Part shown: positions 35,105-48,530 of the stretch, piece by piece | Layout: each line of letters opens with the position of its first letter | How positions within the stretch are numbered: position 1 is the first letter of the stretch | Origin: Squalus acanthias | Taxonomy: Eukaryota | Direction of reading: 5' to 3' | Assembly (NCBI GenBank): GCA_030390025.1 | Contig: CM059432.1 | Coordinates: forward strand, 28,770,001-28,834,000 | Length of the DNA stretch: 64,000 bases | Program-made: the position numbers and the translations under genes | Notes under the pieces: model-generated | Seen by the model: only the letters and a program-made list of their open reading frames with translations | The model's database searches: none | What the model was told of the DNA's origin: nothing

Positions 35105-37039
35105 CTGTACTCCAGAGGAAGTCCATAACAGTAAATGGGTTACGTTGCATTAGCAGACAGGATTCATCACTCAGATAGGCTCACAGCCTTTCATTTTTAT
35201 TACCTTCAGGATTTATTATGCAAAACTACTACTTGGGCACCAAATCATGCTACACGTAGTGGTGTAGAAAATCGTATCTGTCATGGAGAATAGTATTTGC
35301 ATAACGCCTTATAACCAATGAATTACCTTTGAAGTGCAGTGACTATTACATAAGCAAACTGAGCTGCTGAACTGCACACAACAAAATTCCAAATAATGTG
35401 GCAAGTGATTGTTGTGGGATATACGAACATATGAAAATAACAAGTCTGCCCCACTCGTGATGCCTGAAGCATAGTGATTAGACACCCCCTTCCCACCTGC
35501 AGCCATATAACCTCCTGGGAGAGGCCAAAAAAGAGAAAAGCCATAGAGCAATTTAGGGGCCAAAAATGTGGAAAATCTCTCTCCAATCCAGTTAAGGAAA
35601 TAAAATTAGTCCAGGAGACCACATTGATCATGCTTATATTACCTTGTTCACCCACCTTTTATAGGACGTGATCTCTGCTCCAGCCAGGAACTGGTTTAGT
35701 TCTCTTTTGAAAGTATGCTGAGGGTCTGGACCCACTGTACAACCTGGAAACTTGTTCCATGGGAAAAGACACACCTAACGCTAATCTGGTCCTACCTTTA
35801 CGTAATTTATACGCATGACCCCTGGTCTTCCCCAATCCCTCAGCAGGAAACATTATGCCGCTACAATCACGATGTAATGTACAATCACGAGAAAGTCCGT
35901 AACAATGAATGATGCAGTCAGTTATCAGAATCTATAGTGGGATGCAATTCATCGAAATAGCATGTACTCAAATTAACACTAACCCAAACAAGCTACTTAA
36001 ATTCTTTTACCTTAAAGAACTAACAGGACAGTGCAGTGATATTGTTTTTGACTTTTTTTTTTTAAATACTTAAAACCTATAGCATTGCTATATCTGTTCC
36101 ATTATACCTGCATGGTTCCGATGAGGCTCATCACCAGGTTGGGTACAAAATTCAATGAATCACCTCAGCATAATCCATGGTAGATACATTTGAAATGCTT
36201 ACAAAAGGTACAAGTATGCCACTTGATGGCATGAAGATCAAACGGAGTGGTATCATTAGACTATGTTATGTGTACTAATAGGAGACATGTTATTTTCAAA
36301 ATACCACAAATAGAAGAAACGCAATGTGTTAATACACAGAAACATAGTCCATGCATCAGTGGAAAAGGTCTCGATCTTGGCTGTGCAGTGTGTCACTGAA
36401 TAAAAGATTACTTCTCTGCAGAGACAAGGGGGGAATTAAATAGAAGGAACACTTCCCCATGTCTGTCAATTCTTGAAGAATTATCACTTCAACCCAATCT
36501 TCAACGGCACCATCACTGAGTTTCCCAGCATCAACATCCTGGGAGAAAATCACCAATGACCAGAAACTTGACTGGACCAGCCATCTCAATATGAGCAAAG
36601 CAGAGCAGAGCATGGCTACTATAAGTGGATCCCCTCCTGACTACTCAGAAGCCTCTCCTTCATACTACAGACTTCAGCCTTGTGGATGTTGAATACTCAC
36701 CTCTCATCTGGATGGGAACAGCTGCCAACAGAAGAAGCTGGACACCATCCAGGACAAAGCAGTTCACTTGATTGGTGCCCTTGCCACTGGACTCAAAATC
36801 CAGCCCCCCTCTACCACCAGTGCAATGTGGCTGCAGTACATACTAAAAACAGGATGCACTGCAGCAATTCACCAAGCTTAATTTGACAGCACCTGCCAGG
36901 CCCTTGATCTCCAACACCAGAGGGCAAAAACTGTAAAATCATGCAAGTGAATCACCTGCACGTTTCCTCCAAGTCACATCCCATTCTGACCTAGACATAT
37001 ACTGCTGTTTCTTCTTCATCACTAGGTCAAAATAAGCAC

Positions 37040-40000
37040 ATAACATAAGAATTAGGAGAAGGAGTAGGCCATACAGCCCTTCGAGCCTGCTCTGCCATTC
37101 AATAAGATCATAGCTGATCTTCACCTCAACTCTACTTTCCCGCCAGATACCCATATCCCTCGATTCCTCTATAGTCCAAAAATCTATCTATCTATCTCAG
37201 CCTTGAATATACTCAACGACGCAGCCGCCACAGCCCTTTGGGGTAGAGAATTCCAAAGATTCACAACCCTCAGGTGAAGAAATTCCTCTTCATCTCAGTC
37301 TTAAATGGCTGACCCCTTATCCTGAGACTATGCCCCCTAGTTCTAGACTCTCCAGCCAGGGGAAACAATCTCTCAGCATCTACCCTGTCAATCCCCCTCA
37401 GAATCTTGTAGGTTTCAATGAGATCACCTCTCATTCTTCTAAACTCTAGAGATTATAGGTCCAATCTACTCAATTTCTCCTCATAGGACAACCCTTTCAT
37501 CCCAGGAATCAATCTAGGGAACCTGCATTGCACCACCTCTAAGGTAAGTATGTCCTTCCTCAGATAAGGAGATCAAAACTGTGCACAGTACTCCATGTGT
37601 GGTCTCACCAAAGCTTTGTACAATTGTAGTAAGACTTCCTTACTCTTGTACTCCAACCCCCTTGCAATAAAGGCTAACATACCATTTGCCTTCCTAATTG
37701 CTTGCTGTACCTGCATGCTAACTTTGTGTTTCCTGTACAAGGACACCTAAATCTCTCTGAACACCAACATTTAATAGTTTCTCACAATTTAAAAAATATC
37801 CTGGCCTGCTGAGTTTTTCCAGCGTTTTCTGTTGTTATTTTAAAAAATATTCTGTTGTTCTATTCTTCCTACCAAAGTGAATAACCTTACTTTTCCCGAC
37901 ATTATACTCCATCTGCCACCTTATTGCCCACTTCTATGAACCTGTCTATATCCCTTTGCAGCCTTTGTGTCCTCCTCACAGTTTACTTTCCCACCTAGCT
38001 TTGTATCATCAGCAAACTTAGATACATTGCACTCAGTCCCTTCATCCAAGTCATTAATAAGGGAACAGTAGCATAGTGGTTATGCTACTGGACTAATAAT
38101 CCAGAGACGCAAGATCAAATCCCACCACGGCAGCCGTGGAATTTAAATTCAGTTAATTAAATAAAAATCTGGAATAATAAGCTAGTGGTGACCAGGAAAC
38201 TACCAGATTGTCTTAAAAACCCATCTGGTTCACTAATGTGCTTTAGGGAAGCAAATCTGCTGTCCTTACCTGGTCTAGCCGATGTGTGACTCCAGACCCA
38301 CAGCAATGTGGTTGACTGCCCTCTGAAATGGCCTAGCAAGCCACTCCGTTGTAATCAAACCGCTATAAGAAACAATAATAATAAAACCGGACGGATCACC
38401 TGGCATCGGCTTCGGTCATGACAACGGCACACCCAGCCCAGTCCATCCTGCAAAGTCCTCCTCCCTAACATCTGGGGACTTGTGCCAAAATTGGGAGAGC
38501 TGTCCCACAGACTAGTCAAGCAACAGCTCGACAGTCACACTCACAGAATCATACCTTTCAGCTAATGTCCCAGACTCCTCCACCACCATCCCTGGGTATG
38601 TCCTGTCCCACCGGCAGGACAGACCCACCAGAGGTGGTGGCACAGTGGTATACAGTCGGGAGGGAGTGGCCCTGGGAGTCCTCAACATTGATTCCGGACC
38701 CCATGAAGTCTCATGGCATCAGGTCCAACATGGGCAAGGAAACCCCCTGTTGAGTACCACCTACCGCCTTCCCTCAGCTGATGAATCAGTACTCCTCCAT
38801 GTTGACCACCACTTGGAAGAAGCACTGAGGGTAGCAAGGGCACAGAATGTACTCCACCACAATTTGTAACCTCATGGGGACTTCAATGTCCATCACCAAG
38901 AGTGGCTCGGTAGCACCACCGCTGACCGAGTTGGCTGAGTCCTGAAGGACATAGCTGCCAGACAGCCTGCAGCAGGTGGTGAGAGGGCCAACATGAGGGG
39001 AAAATCCTACTCGACCTCGTCTTAACCAATCTAGTGGAGACAAAGTCCCGTCTTCACACGGAGGACACCCTCCATTGTGTTGTGTAGCACTACCACCATG
39101 CTAAATGGCATAGATTCAGAACAGATCTAGCAGCTGAAATCTGGGCATCCATGGGCCATCAGCAGAATTATAATCTATCACAATCTGTAACCTCCTGGCC
39201 CGGCATATCCCTTACTCTACCATTATCAAGCTAGGCGACCAACTATGGTTCAATGAGGAGTGTAGAAGAGCATGCCAGGAGCAGCACCAGGCGTACCTAA
39301 AAATGAGGTGCCAACCTGGGAAGCTGCAACACAGGACTACATGTATGCTAAACAACAGAAGCAGCATGTAATAGACAGAGCTAAGCGAGCCTACAATCAA
39401 CAGATCAGATCAAAGCTCTGCAGTCCTGCCACATCCAGTCGTGAATGGTGGTGGAAAATTAAACAACTAATGGGAGGAGGAGGCTCCATGAATATCCCCA
39501 TCCTCAATGATGGCGGAGCTCAGCACGTGCGTGCGTGCAAAAGACAAGGCTGAAGCATTTGCACCCATCTTCAGCTAGAGGTGCCGAGTGGATGATCCAT
39601 CTCGGCCTCCTCCTGAGGTCTCCACCATCACAGAAGCCAGTCTTCAGCCAATTCGATTCACTCCACGTGATAAAGAAATGGCTGCGCACACTAGATACAG
39701 CAAAGGCTATGAACCCCGACAACATCCCAGCTGTCGTGCTGAAGACTTGTGCTCCAGAACTAGCCTCGCCTCTAGCCAAGCTGTTCCAGTACAGCTACAA
39801 CACCGGCATCTACCTGACAATGTGGAAAACTGCCCAGGTATGTCCCATCCACAAAAACCAGGACAAATCCAATCCAGCCAATTACCACCCAATCAGTCTA
39901 CTCTAAATCATCAGCAAAGTGATGGAAGGTGTTGTCGACAGTGCTATCAAGTAGCCCTTACTCACCAACAACCTGCTCACCGATGCTCAGTTTGGGTTCC

Positions 40001-42055
40001 GTCACGACCACTCGGCTCCAGACCTCATTACAGCCTTAGTCCAAACATGGACAAACGAGTTGAATTCCAGAGGTGAGTGGAGAGTGGCTGCCCTTGACAT
40101 CAAGGCAGCATTTGACCAAGTGCGGCATCAAGGAGTCCTAGTAAAATTGACGTCAAAAGACTCTCCACTGGCTGGAGTCATACCTAGCACAAAGGACGAT
40201 GGTTGTGGTTGTTGGAGGCCAATCATCTCAGCCCCAGGGCATCGCTGCAGGAGTTCCTCAGGGCAATGTCCTCGGCCTAACCATCTTCAGCTGCTTCATC
40301 AATGACGTTCCCTCCATCATAAAGGTCAGAAATGGGGATGTTCGCTGATGATTGCAGTGTTCAGTTCCATTTGCAACTCCTCAGATAATTAAACAGTCTA
40401 TGCCTGTATGTAGCTAGACCTGGACGACATTCAGGTTTGAGCTGATAAGTGTCAAGTAACATTCGCGCCACACAAGTGCCAGGCAATGGCTATCGCCAAC
40501 AAGAGAACATCTAACCACATCGCCAAATCCCCCAATATCAACATCCTGGGGGTCATCATTGACCAGAAACTTAACTGGACCAGCCACAAATACTGTGGCA
40601 ACAAGAGCAGGTCAGAGGCTGGGTATTCTGTGGTGGGTGTCCTGACTCCCCAAAGTCTTTCCACCATCTACAAGGCACAAGTCAGGAGTGTGATGGAATA
40701 CTCTCCACTTGCCTAACGAGTGCAGCTCCAACACTCAAGAAGCTCGACACCATCCAGAACAAAGCAGCTCGCTGGATTGGCACCCTATCCACCACCTTAA
40801 ACCTTCACTCCCTCCACCACCAGCATACCGTGGCTGCAGTGTGTACCATCTACAAGATGCACTGCAGCAACTCGCGGAGGCTTCTTCGACAGTACCTCCC
40901 AAACCCATGACCTCTACCACCTAGACGGCCAAGGGCAGCAGGCGCATGGGAACACCATCACCTCAAAGCTCCCCTCCAATCACACACCATCCTGACTTAG
41001 AAATATATGACCGTTCCTTCATAGTTGCTGGGTCAAAATCCTTGAACTCCCTCCCTAGCAGCACTGTGGGAGTACCTTCACCATGTGGACTGCAGCGATT
41101 CAAGAAGGTGGTTCACCACCACCTTCTCAAGGGCAATTAGGGATGGTCAATAAATGCTGGCCTTGCCAGTGACACCCACATCCCAGGAACTAATACAAAA
41201 AGACATTATAAATAGCTGAAGTCCAAGCACTGATCCTTGCAGCACCCCACTAGTTACAGCCTGCCAACCGGAAAATGACCCATTTATCCCCCTCTGTTTT
41301 CTATCCGTTAACCAATCCTCTATCCATGCTAATATATTACCCCCAACCCCATGAGCCCTTATCTTGCATAGCAACCTTTTATGTGGCACCTTATCGAATG
41401 CCTTTTGGAAATCTAAATATACTACATCCACTGGTTCCCTTTTATCCACCCTGCTAGTTACATTCTCAAAAAACTCTAATAATTTGTTAAACACGATTTC
41501 CCTTTTAATAAATCTGTGTTGACTCTGCCTAATCATATGATGATTTAAGTGCCCTGTACTACTTCCTTAATAATGGATACCAGCATTTTCCCCAATGACT
41601 GATATCAGGCTAACTGGCCTTTCGTTCCCAGTTTTCTCTCTCCCTCCTTTCTTGAATAGCGGGGTTACATTTGCTACCTCCCAATCCGCTGGGACGGTTC
41701 TCGAATCTAGGGAATTTTGAAATATCACAACCAATGTATTCACTATCAATTGAATGTATTTTCATTGAGAATTTGGAAATATTTCTTTAAGTGTCTGCCA
41801 CTGCTTATCTACAGTCATACCTTTTAATCTAATTTCCCAATCTACCTTAGCCAACTCACCACTCATACTCATAATTGGCTTTATTTAAGTTTAAGACTCT
41901 TGTTTCAGACTGAAGTATTTCACACACAAACTCAATATGAAATTCTATCATATTATGATCACTCTTCCCCAGAAGATCCTTTACTGTGAGATTACAAATT
42001 AACCCTGTCTCATTACACAATACAAGATCTAAAATAGCCTGTTCCCTGGTTGGTT
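37040..42055 (-). mobile_element. CR1 LINE (about 37040-38060 and 41205-42055) split by the tRNA-headed LINE
   Basis: Host sequence tcatccaagtcattaata...aaatagctga continues across the insertion; LDFQKAFDKVPH and EPTREQAILDLV remnants. Confidence 0.87.
38061..41200 (+). mobile_element. Degenerate ~3.1-kb non-LTR retrotransposon: tRNA/SINE-like head followed directly by an APE-EN + RT region
   Basis: A-box-like TAGCATAGTGG (38069) and B-box-like AGATCAAATCC; then IPGYVLSHRQDRPTRGGGTVVY, GDFN, DIKAAFD, GVPQG, FADD remnants; 3' AATAAA...cccacatcc tail. Confidence 0.85.
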
Positions 42056-42712
42056 CCATTATGTATCATGGAATGCCTTACCTATCATTATTGTGGGATC
42101 TGCAGTGGTTCAAGGCAGCCCACTAACCCCACCTACTCAAGTGAACTAGGGATGGGCAATAAAAGTGTTGCCTGTATCCCGAGAACAAATAATAAAAAAG
42201 CGCAAAGTACTGTTCATACTGTGGACCAGCTCAGATTCAGTTCAGAGAATGCTAAAAATATACAGTTGGTCTGTTAGCACCTGCAACAGTAAAGGCAGAT
42301 GCAGACTGAACTTTGCACTCAATTTGATTAAGTTTCTAAACCCAAAATGGTAATTTGTCTTTTCTCTTTACTGATGCTGACAGGATTTCTAGCATTTTCA
42401 GTTTTAAATTCACATTTGCAGTTTTTCTATTTATCTTAGATTCCATTCATCCTGATTAAAAAAAGCTGATATTTAAAAAGGAAATGTCTAGGGACATCAA
42501 ATTAAAAAATGTGAAAACCATCTCTTACTCAGGACCTCATAACTGTGGAACTCCTTGCCTCCCTCAGTCTTCCAATCTACGGGCTTTTAAAGTCCAAACT
42601 TCACATTACCTAATCAATATTTCTTAGGACTATCATCTTCAATCCTACTCTTATCAACTTTGGCCTTGACTCATCATCTAGGTTTCTCAATTAAAACAAA
42701 AGTAAAACACAC

Positions 42713-42834
42713 CTTCCGCCAGTCGTTAAAGAAGTTTTGTCTGAAGACGTCTTTTGTAGTGTAATCATGATCCAGCATCTTGGCGAAGAAGGTGGCCACT
42801 TCTTCTGCTGCGAGACTCAACTTCATTTGATTTC
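42713..42834 (-). CDS. TOP1MT: Topoisomerase IB core exon, 122 bp ([40 protein letters not shown])
   Basis: TAG acceptor, AAG|GTGTG donor; AAEEVATF and NFFNDWRK are TOP1MT-type residues. Confidence 0.97.
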
Positions 42835-43382
42835 CTACACACAGAAACAAACCTGATTTACAAAACAAGCCATCAAATGTGAAGAGGGGCGAAGAAAATC
42901 TACTACAAACTAACTGTGGAGATTTTAAATAAAATGCATATTGAAATAAAACTAGGAAAATGTTGTGCTAGCTGTGTTTTTCCATCAGCATCTGAAGAGA
43001 AAAAAAAAAGGCAGGTTACTGTGTATTTCTTTGCCAGAACCATAAACTGGTTAAAAAAAGTTAACTTCTGTTTTCAGATGCTGACTTATTTCCATGCACA
43101 GTATCCAAATTTCTAATAACTATTAATTTAAAAGATTAAGGACTAGAAGTAATTAGAACACTGCTCTTTCACCTGAAATCTATTCCATAGAGATGAACTG
43201 AAAGAATCTGCTCATTATGTGCTTCAAGGATAGCAAAGGAGTTTAGGGTTACTGTCAACCCAGTTTGAATTGGTAAATCTCACTCAGTTCAGCCGGCATG
43301 GGGAATAGAAATGTCATACTACTTCAGTAAGTGATCTTTCAAGGTTTGTTTGGAGATGCAATTTATTTTTTAAAATAACATG

Positions 43383-43797
43383 CGCCTAGTTCAGTTGGTA
43401 GCACTCTCGCAAGTGACTCGGGAGGTTGAGAGCTCAAGCCCTACTATGGACTTGAGCACAAAATGTAGACCAACACTTTACTGAGAGTATGCTGCATTGT
43501 CAAAGTGCCATCTTTTGGATGAGAAGATAAATAAGGCATTATCTATCTGCTCAGATCGATGTAAAAGATCCCATGGCAATATTTGAAAGAGTGGTGAGTT
43601 CTTCCAGTGCCCTGACCAACGCTCATCCCTCAATCAACATAATCAAAAATATTACATTGTCGCTCATTCACTTTGTGCGCAAATTAGCAGGTGCGTTTGC
43701 TTATACAACAGTGACTACACTTCAAGAATAATCCATTGGTTGTAATGCACTTGGGATATGCCGAGGACATGAAAGCGCCACATAAATACAACTTCTT
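43383..43797 (+). mobile_element. Diverged Deu-type tRNA SINE
   Basis: Collinear with 53921-54340; decayed A/B boxes. Confidence 0.72.
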
Positions 43798-44676
43798 TAA
43801 TAGAGTAGACATGGCTTTACTCGGCCTCAGGATATTTCTGATTAGGGATTTAAACATGGGAAGGGGACCAATACCTGCCGCTGAGGATCACTCCGTGCAG
43901 GCTTCTCCCCCCCCCTTCCTTTCCTGAAAGCACTGACCTATATAAAAGCGTATGATTCCATTGGCGTTTCCAACCTCCACATCAGGCAACACACTAACAA
44001 CTGAGCTACTGGTGTGAGCCTGAACCAACAGTTTAAAGCATTACATTTAGAAACAACAGAGAACCAAGACATACCTGTAAATGAACAGCTATATTTGTAA
44101 CATTTAGGAATAAAAGAAATTTGATAGTATACCATCCCCTTTTACATCTTACAGGAGAGGAAGGTTCACTTTCTTCCCATTTATATATTTATTGTAAAAC
44201 TGACATATTCAATACAAACAGGTGAATAATGGAATAGAACATATAAATTACATATATCACATCACAATAATGTATTTTTGTAACCACGAGCAAAGCAACA
44301 GGAGATCAGGTAGTTTATTGTATATCCCATGATTGGGCCATTTCATAGCATGCAATCACAACTATTATGTTGCTCAAAAATTATTTGAAGTGTAATCCTT
44401 GTAATCTGAAGTTACTCTTTACTGTGCATCTTACCAGCTCCCTACTTTAAAAAAAAAAATTGCCAAGTTTTTGAGGGGATGTAATTCATTAAGGGGCTTC
44501 ACAATACTTGAGAAAAGCATCCCCTATTAGTCACTAACATTTTAATCTGCTATACTAGGTATCCTTGTTGCCTCGTTGAGTAATGCTAGACATGATAAAA
44601 AATAAATTGAATCTCCTGTTGATAATTTACCCAGACCATTGATGCATTAAAAAAATGGCTGCCCACTGTAACTCAC

Positions 44677-44792
44677 CATTGTAACAGAAATCAACGTCAA
44701 AAGGAAGTGGCTCATATTTGGGTGCAAACAATGGACCTTTGTGTTCCAGAAACATCCATTTTACGCCATCCTCATAGTGTTCCTCTTCCCAC
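44677..44792 (-). CDS. TOP1MT: Topoisomerase IB core exon, 116 bp (WEEEHYEDGVKWMFLEHKGPLFAPKYEPLPFDVDFCYN)
   Basis: CAG acceptor, G|GTGAGT donor; LEHKGP.FAP.YEPLP TOP1 motif. Confidence 0.97.
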
Positions 44793-46071
44793 CTGATGAT
44801 GGAACCAATACATCCCACAGGGAAGAAGAGAGTTAGAAGAGACCAATACTAAATATTTTGCAATGACATATTTAAGCAATAGAAAAGACTACCTACCTGC
44901 TAGTGTCTAAGTTCATTCTTTAAATCAATGGTATGCTCCACACAGTACTGAGGCAAGGCCACATTTCAGTAATTTTTTCCCCAGAAAGTCACAGGGGATA
45001 ATACCCTTATGCTTACAAAGCTATGATGGGATGACATCAGAATGAATCCTATTTGATCCTTATAAAATGTTGGACCACATGTACACCCCTTCCCCCAGCC
45101 ACATGGAGGCTTCACTTCATCCTGACCCAAAAATCCCAAGAGTAAAAGGATAAGACCCAATGAATGTATTACCAGTAAAGCGGAGGGAATAGGAGGCCTG
45201 CGTGTGTAGAGGCCTTAGGTCAGCTCAACTAAGTGACCTGCCAACATTTGGAGCAGGTCCCGGAACCATAACCGTACAAAGTTGAGTACCTTCAGGAGAC
45301 AAAGGGGGAAAAACCTAGATGGGGAAATGAACCTAGTCATCGAGAGGCATCCTCAGCAGGCATTTGTAAATCCCTAAACAAGCAAGATCGGGTTGGTCAA
45401 AGACAGTTGATTGTACTCATCCATAACAATGAGCAAAACAATTTTGCAAGATTAGAATTTTAGATCACATTAACCAACAGGGTTAAAGGGAGAACAATTT
45501 AACAAAGAACCTGAATGGGAATGAAGATTTCTAGACCCCTTACATTAATTGAAAAAAGCAAAGGATATCTCAAAAAGAAATATGGAAGATTGATAGCTTC
45601 TTGTGGATAGAGCTTCACCCACAGGTGCCAAGAGAACTCTAATGTTGACCTTACACGAGCGAGGGTTATACCACCAGGAGGACCAATTAACGTATTTCTT
45701 TCTCTTCTCAGAAGAGAACAAAGTCTACACTACTGGAGATGAAAATCCTTGGCCTCGTCAATGTCCGTTTATCTCCATTTGTTGGAACAATGGAGATCTG
45801 TGGTTATGCAAATCACTGACAAAGTAGGATCACCTCGGGGCAAATTCTTTCATAGTGGAGACCAGAAAAATGGCCCGCCATCATACAGGAGCACAACTTT
45901 AGTGTTCTATGAATTAGTCCTTGTCCTTCATATATTTGGATTTCAAGCTGATCTAGAGATTAAAAAAATAAACTTGCTCGGAACACTTGTAAACATCATA
46001 TCCTGTTTAGCTCAAGATCAGACTTCTTGTAGTTGTCAACCCCCTGGAATGTGGCAAAGACAGTTATCCAG

Positions 46072-47511
46072 TGGATTCCGCCCACTAAGGGGCACAATGG
46101 ACATGATCTTCACCGCACGTCAATTACAAGAGAAATGCAGGGAACAGCACCAACCGCTGTACATGGCCTTCTTTGATCTCACAAAGGCCTTCAACACTGT
46201 CAACCGTGAGGGATTATGAAGTGTCCTCCTCAAATTCGGCTGCCCTCAAAAGTTTATCACCATCCTCCGCCTGCTTCACAACGACATGCAAGCCGTGAGC
46301 CTGACCAACGGTTCCACCACAGACCCAATTCACGTATGAACCGGGGTCAAGCAAGGCTGTGCCATCGCACCAACGCTCTTCTCGATCTTCCTTGCTGCAA
46401 TGCTCCATCTCACCCTGCGTAAGCTCCCCGCTGGAGTGGAGCTAATTTACAGAACAAACGGGAAACTATCCAACCTCCGTCGCCTCCAGTCCAGATCCAA
46501 GGTCGTCCCATCACAGTATGCAGATGACGCTTGCGTCTGTGCTCACTCGGAGGTCGAACTCCAAACCATCGTCAACACCTTCACTGAAGCGTACGAGAGC
46601 ATGGGCCTTGCACTAAACATCCGTAAGACAAAGGTCCTCTACCAACCTGCCCCCGCCACATAGTACTGCCCCCCAATTATCAAAATCCACGACAAGGCCT
46701 TGGACAACGTGGACCACTTTCCATACCTCAGGAGCCTACTGTCAACAAGGGCAGACGTCGATGACTAAGTCCAACACCGCCTTCAGTGTGCCAGTGCAGC
46801 CTTCTGTTGCCTGAGGAAGAGAGTGTTTGAAGATCAGGACCTCAAACCCGGCACTAAGCTCATGGTCTACAGAGCAACAGTGATACCTGCCCTGCTGTAT
46901 GCCTCAGAGACATGGACCATGTACAGCAGGCACCTCAAAGCACTGGAGGGGTACCACCAACACTGCCTCCGCAAGATCCTGCAAATCCACTGGCAGGATA
47001 GGTGCACCAACGTCCGTGTTCTCGCTCAGGCCAACATCGAAGCTTTGACCACGCTCGATCAGCTTCGATGGACGGGTCACATTGTCCGCATGCCCGATAC
47101 GAGACTCCCAAAACAAGCGCTCTACTCGGAGCTCTGGCACGGCAAGAGAGCCCCAGGTGGGCAGAGGAAACGCTTCAAGGACACCCTCAAAGCCTCCTTG
47201 AAAAAGTGCAACATCCCCACCGACACCTGGGAATCCCTGGCCCAAGACCACACAAAGTGGAGGAGAAGCATCCGGGAAGGCGCCAAACACCAAGTCTCTT
47301 CACCGGGAGCAAGCGGAAGCCAAGAGCAGGCAGCACAAGGAGCGCATGTCAACCCAAGCACCCCACCCACCCGCCCCTTCAACCACAGTCTGCCCCACCT
47401 GTGACAGAGACTGTAGGTCCCGCATTGGACTCATCAGTCACCTGCGAACTCATTTTTAATGTGGAAGCAAGTCATCCTCGGTTCCGAGGGACTGCCTAAG
47501 AAGAAGAAGAA
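46072..47511 (+). mobile_element. RTE-clade LINE, 5'-truncated, degenerate
   Basis: GFRPLRGTMDMIFTARQLQEKCRE, DLTKAF, YADD, RW.GHIVRMPDTRLPKQ; (AAG)n tail; perfect 26-bp TSD at 46046-46071 and 47512-47537. Confidence 0.95.
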
Positions 47512-47954
47512 GGAATGTGGCAAAGACAGTTATCCAGGCTATCCCTGATGGGCAGCTCTAATGAGTGGTCTATAAATTGATAAATATGCAAATGCCGCAG
47601 CCTTAGGGAACACCCAGGGGTTAAATAAAATATATTTATGGCTGCTACTGTGGAAACTCAACAGTAAGAGTTTTTGAAAAGGTTGGATAGCAATGTTAAA
47701 GCAGGCATTTTGTATATTTTCTGGACAAAACCTAAGCGATTTGAGGTAACACCACCATATTTTTTGACAAACTTGTTCAGTGATCAGGTGAAAGATGTCC
47801 ATCTTTTGGGTACCAAAAACCATGACAAAAAACTTTTCTGGGGAAAGAAATTGTTTAATTGCAAGGGACCATCTATCTTGGTTGCCACCAGCTTGGGAAT
47901 ACCCCAAGAAGCTACAGAAATGTGAAAGATCTGATTGTAGGGTTTACACTTTGA

Positions 47955-48530
47955 TAGGAACATAGGAACAGGAGTAGGCCATTCAGCCCCTCGAGCCTGT
48001 TCCGCCATTCAATGAGATCATGGCTGATCTGCGACCTAATTCCATATACCCGCCTTTGGCCCATATTCCTTAATACCTTTGCTTAACAAAAAGCTATCAA
48101 TCTCAGATTTAAAATTAACAATTGATCGAGCATCAATTGCCGTTTGCGGAAGAGCGTTCCAAACTTCTACCACCCTTTGTGTGTAGAAGTGTTTCCTAAT
48201 TTCACTCCTGAAAGGTCTGGCTCTAATTTTTAGACTATGCCCCCAGTACTAGAATCACCAAGCAGCGGAAATAGTTTCTTTCTATCTACCCTATCTGTTC
48301 CCCTTAATATCTTGAAAGCTTCGATCAGATCACCCCTTAACCTTCTAAATTCTAGGGAATACAACCCTAATTTGGTGTAATCTCTCCTCGTAACTTAACC
48401 CTTGGAGTCCGGGTACCATTCTGGTAAACCTACGCTGCACTCCCTCCAAGGCTAATATATCCTTCCTAAGGTGTGGTGCCCAGAACTGCTCACAATACTC
48501 CAGGTGTGGTCTAACCAGGGTTTTGTATAG
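47955..48530 (-). mobile_element. CR1 3' fragment
   Basis: LVRPHLEYCEQFWAPHL; (TTCCTATG)-type tail. Confidence 0.88.

Noticed and set aside
694..44792. Calling the gene nuclear TOP1
   Set aside because: Most paralog-diagnostic residues and the presequence exon favour TOP1MT; not formally excluded without a tree or synteny
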